Below, in pieces: positions 61,401-64,000 of a DNA stretch of 64,000 nucleotides; position 1 is the first letter of the stretch, and each line of letters begins with the position of its first letter. The stretch comes from Eledone cirrhosa. Lineage: Eukaryota. The stretch is taken from positions 134,230,001-134,294,000 of the forward strand of contig OZ024744.1 in NCBI GenBank assembly GCA_964016885.1, given 5' to 3'. A program made the translations under genes and the position numbers. The notes below the pieces were generated by a model. It made no database searches. It was not told where the DNA came from and worked only from the letters and a program-made list of their open reading frames with translations.

Positions 61401-63800
61401 AATTAAGTTGGGGTTAAGTTAAGTTGGGGTTAAGTTAAGTTGGGGTTAAGTTAAGTCGGGGTTAAGTTAAGTCGGGGTTAAGTTAAGTTAGGGTTCAGTT
61501 AAGTTGGGGTTAAGTTAAGTTGGGGTTGAGTTAAGTTGGGGTTGAGTTAAATTGGGGTTGAGTTAAGTTGGGGTTGAGTTAAGTTGGTGTTGAGTTAAGT
61601 TGGGGTTAAGTTAAGTTGGGGTTAAGTTAATTTGTGGTTAAGTTAAGTTGGGGTTAAGTTAAGTTGGGGTTAAGTTAAGTTGGGGTTAAGTTAAGTCGGG
61701 GTTAAGTTAAGTTGGGGTTGAGTTAAGTTGGGGTTAATTTAAGTTGGGGTTAAGTTAAGTTGGGGTTAAGTTAAGTTGGGGTTAAGTTAAGTTGGGGTTA
61801 AGTTAAGTTGGGGTTAAGTTAAGTTGAGGTTAAGTTAAGTTGGGGTTAAATTAAGTTGGGGATAAGTTAAGTTGGGGATAATTTAAGTTGGGGTTAAGTT
61901 AAGTTGGGTTTAAGTTAAGTTGGGGTTAAGTTAAGTTGGGGATAAGTTAAGTTGGGGTTAAGTTAAGTTGGGTTTAAGTTAAGTTGGGGTTAAGTTAAGT
62001 TGGGGCTAGGTTAAGTTGGGGCTGAGTTAAGTTGGGGTTAAGTTAAGTTGGGGTTAAGTTAAGTTGGGGTTAATTTAAGTTGGGGTTTATTTAAGTTGGG
62101 GTTACGTTAAGTTGGTGTTAAGTTAAGTTGGGGTTAATTTAAGTTGGGGTTAATTAAGTTGGGGTTAAGTTAAGTTGGGGTTAAGTTAAGTTGGGGTTAA
62201 GTTAAGTTGGGGTTCAGTTAAGTTGGGTATAAGTTAAGTTGGGTATAAGTTAAGTTGGGGTTAAGTTAAGTTGGGGTTAAGTTAAGTTGGTGTTAAGTTA
62301 AGTTGGGGCTAAGTTAAGTTGGGGCTGAGTTAAGTTGGGGCTGAGTTAAGTTGGGGTTAAGTTAAGTTGGGGTCAAGTTAAGTTGGGGTTAAGTTGGGGT
62401 TAAGTTAAGTTAGGTTTAAGTTAAGATGGGGTTAAGTTAAGTTGGGGTTAAGTTAAGTTGGGGTTAAGTTAATTTGTGGTTAATTTAAGTTGGGGTTAAG
62501 TTAAGTTGGGGTTAAGTTAAGTTGGGGTTAAGTTAAGTCGGGGTTAAGTTAAGTTGGGGTTAAGTTAAGTTGGGGTTAATTTAAGTTGGGGTTAAGTTAA
62601 GTTGGGGTCAAGTTAAGTTGGGGTTAAGTTGGGGTTAAGTTAAGTTAGGTTTAAGTTAAGTTGGGGTTAAGTTAAGTTGGGGTTAAGTTAAGTTGGGGTT
62701 AAGTTAAGTTGGGGTTAAGTTAAGTTGGGGTTAAGTTAATTTGTGGTTAAGTTAAGTTGGGGTTAAGTTAAGTTGGGGTTAAGTTAAGTTGGGGTTAAGT
62801 TAAGTCGGGGTTAAGTTAAGTTGGGGTTAAGTTAAGTTGGGGTTAATTTAAGTTGGGGTTAAGTTAAGTTGGGGTTAAGTTAAGTTGGGGTTAAATTAAG
62901 TTGGGGTTAAGTTAAGTTGGGGTTAAGTCAAGTTGGGGTTAAGTTAAGTTGGGGATAAGTTAAGTTGGGGATAATTTAAGTTGGGGTTAAGTTAAGTTGG
63001 GTTTAAGTTAAGTTGGGGTTAAGTTAAGTTGGGGTTAAGTTAAGTTGGGGTTAAGTTAAGTTGGGGTTAAGTTAAGTTGGGGTTAAGTTAAGTTGGGGCT
63101 AAGTTAAGTTGGGGCTGAGTTAAGTTGGGGTTAAGTTAAGTTGGGCTTAATTTAAGTCGGGGTTAAGTTAAGTTAGGGTTCAGTTAAGTTGGGGTTAAGT
63201 TAAGTTGGGGTTAAGTTAAGTTGGGGTTAAGTTAAGTCGGGGTTAAGTTAAGTTGGGGTTAAGTTAAGTTGGGGTTAAGTTAAGTCGGGGTTAAGTTAAG
63301 TTGGGGTTAAGTTAAGTTGGGGTTAATTTAAGTTGGGGTTAAGTTAAGTTGGGGTTAAGTTAAGTTGGGGTTAAGTTAAGATGGGGTTAATTTAAGTTGG
63401 GGTTAAGTTAAGTTGAGGTTAAGTTATGTTGGGGTTAAATTAAGTTGGGGTTAAGTTAAGTTGGGGTTAAGTCAAGTTGGGGTTAAGTTAAGTTGGGGAT
63501 AAGTTAAGTTGGGGATAATTTAAGTTGGGTTTAAGTTAAGTTGGGGTTAAGTTGAGTTGGGGTTAAGTTAAGTTGGGGTTAAGTTAAGTTGGGGTTAATT
63601 TAAGTTGGGGCTAAGTTAAGTTGGGACTGAGTTAAGTTGGGGTTAAGTTAAGTTGGGGTTAAGTTAAGTTGGGGTTAAGTTAAGTTGGAGTTTATTTAAG
63701 TTGGGGTTAAGTTAAGTTGGGGTTCAGTTAAGTTGGGGTTAAGTTAAGTTGGGGTTAAGATGGGGTTAAATTAAGTTGGGGTTAAGTTAAGTTGGGGTTA
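58415..63800 (+). repeat. Long-range copy of ~30860-36230 (offset 27,555-27,571)
   Basis: GGGACTGAG 31252/58807, 33716/61271, 36052/63623; CTAGG 34451/62006; AGTTATGTT 35851/63422. Confidence 0.88.
58807..63622 (+). repeat. Two consecutive HOR units (2,464 and 2,352 bp)
   Basis: GGGACTGAG at 58807, 61271 and 63623, with the same internal order of variants. Confidence 0.88.
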
Positions 63801-64000
63801 AGTTAAGTTGGGGTTAAGTTAAGTCGGGGTTAAGTTAAGTCGGGGTTAAGTTAAGTTAGGGTTCAGTTAAGTTGGGGTTAAGTTAAGTTGGGGTTGAGTT
63901 AAGTTGGGGTTGAGTTAAATTGGGGTTGAGTTAAGTTGGGGTTGAGTTAAGTTGGTGTTGAGTTAAGTTGGGGTTAAGTTAAGTTGGGGTTAAGTTAATT

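Larger units (their letters stand above)
1..64000 (+). repeat. Tandem satellite array, 16-bp monomer GGGGTTAAGTTAAGTT, telomere-like, G-rich strand on +
   Basis: The monomer recurs on every line (64000/16 = ~4,000 units). Consensus is 6G, 6T, 4A, 0C. Deviations are 1-2 substitutions per monomer or 11-/15-bp deletion units. No strand switch or unique insert seen. Confidence 0.99.

Noticed and set aside
1-64000. Protein-coding repeat ORF on either strand
   Set aside because: TTAA is palindromic and the 16-bp period cycles through frames, so TAA occurs in all six frames every few codons. Under a TAA=Gln code, recurrent TGA variants and frame-shifting 11-bp and 15-bp units still give no sign of coding constraint.
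1-64000. CRISPR array or other repeat-spacer system
   Set aside because: Repeats are directly adjacent with no unique spacers, leader or cas genes.
1-64000. Canonical telomerase-synthesised terminal tract
   Set aside because: The ordered, heritable variant patterns duplicated over 2-45 kb indicate DNA-templated copying, and no chromosome end is visible. A telomeric location is not excluded.
1-64000. piggyBac (TTAA-target) or telomere-specific retrotransposon (SART/TRAS-type) insertions
   Set aside because: There are thousands of TTAA sites but no non-satellite sequence, terminal inverted repeats or poly(A) tails.
1-64000. Pure sequencing artefact or low-complexity noise
   Set aside because: Variants recur at exact long-range offsets in conserved order, which random error would not produce. 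Individual duplications could still be assembly errors.
1-64000. Variant monomers as a functional code or information store
   Set aside because: Mutation plus hierarchical duplication explains the pattern, and nothing in the sequence indicates a reader or selection.

Overview
The whole 64 kb window is one uninterrupted head-to-tail satellite array of the 16-bp monomer GGGGTTAAGTTAAGTT (reverse complement AACTTAACTTAACCCC), about 4,000 copies, all in one orientation and running off both ends. I see no genes, RNA genes, transposons, CRISPR spacers or unique sequence; TAA stops occur in all six frames. The information lies in the variant monomers, which act as barcodes and reveal nested organisation: 5-bp TTAAG subrepeat, 16-bp monomer (with 11-bp and 15-bp deletion variants), a ~2.3-2.5 kb higher-order repeat (HOR), recent 0.1-9.35 kb duplications, and a ~27.6/45.4 kb super-repeat. 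The monomer is telomere-like (G/T-rich strand, TTGGGG motif), but fixed variant patterns copied over many kb point to recombination-based amplification rather than telomerase synthesis. The organism and chromosomal position (telomeric, subtelomeric, centromeric) cannot be determined from this window. All offsets were read by eye from marker positions, and block boundaries are approximate.
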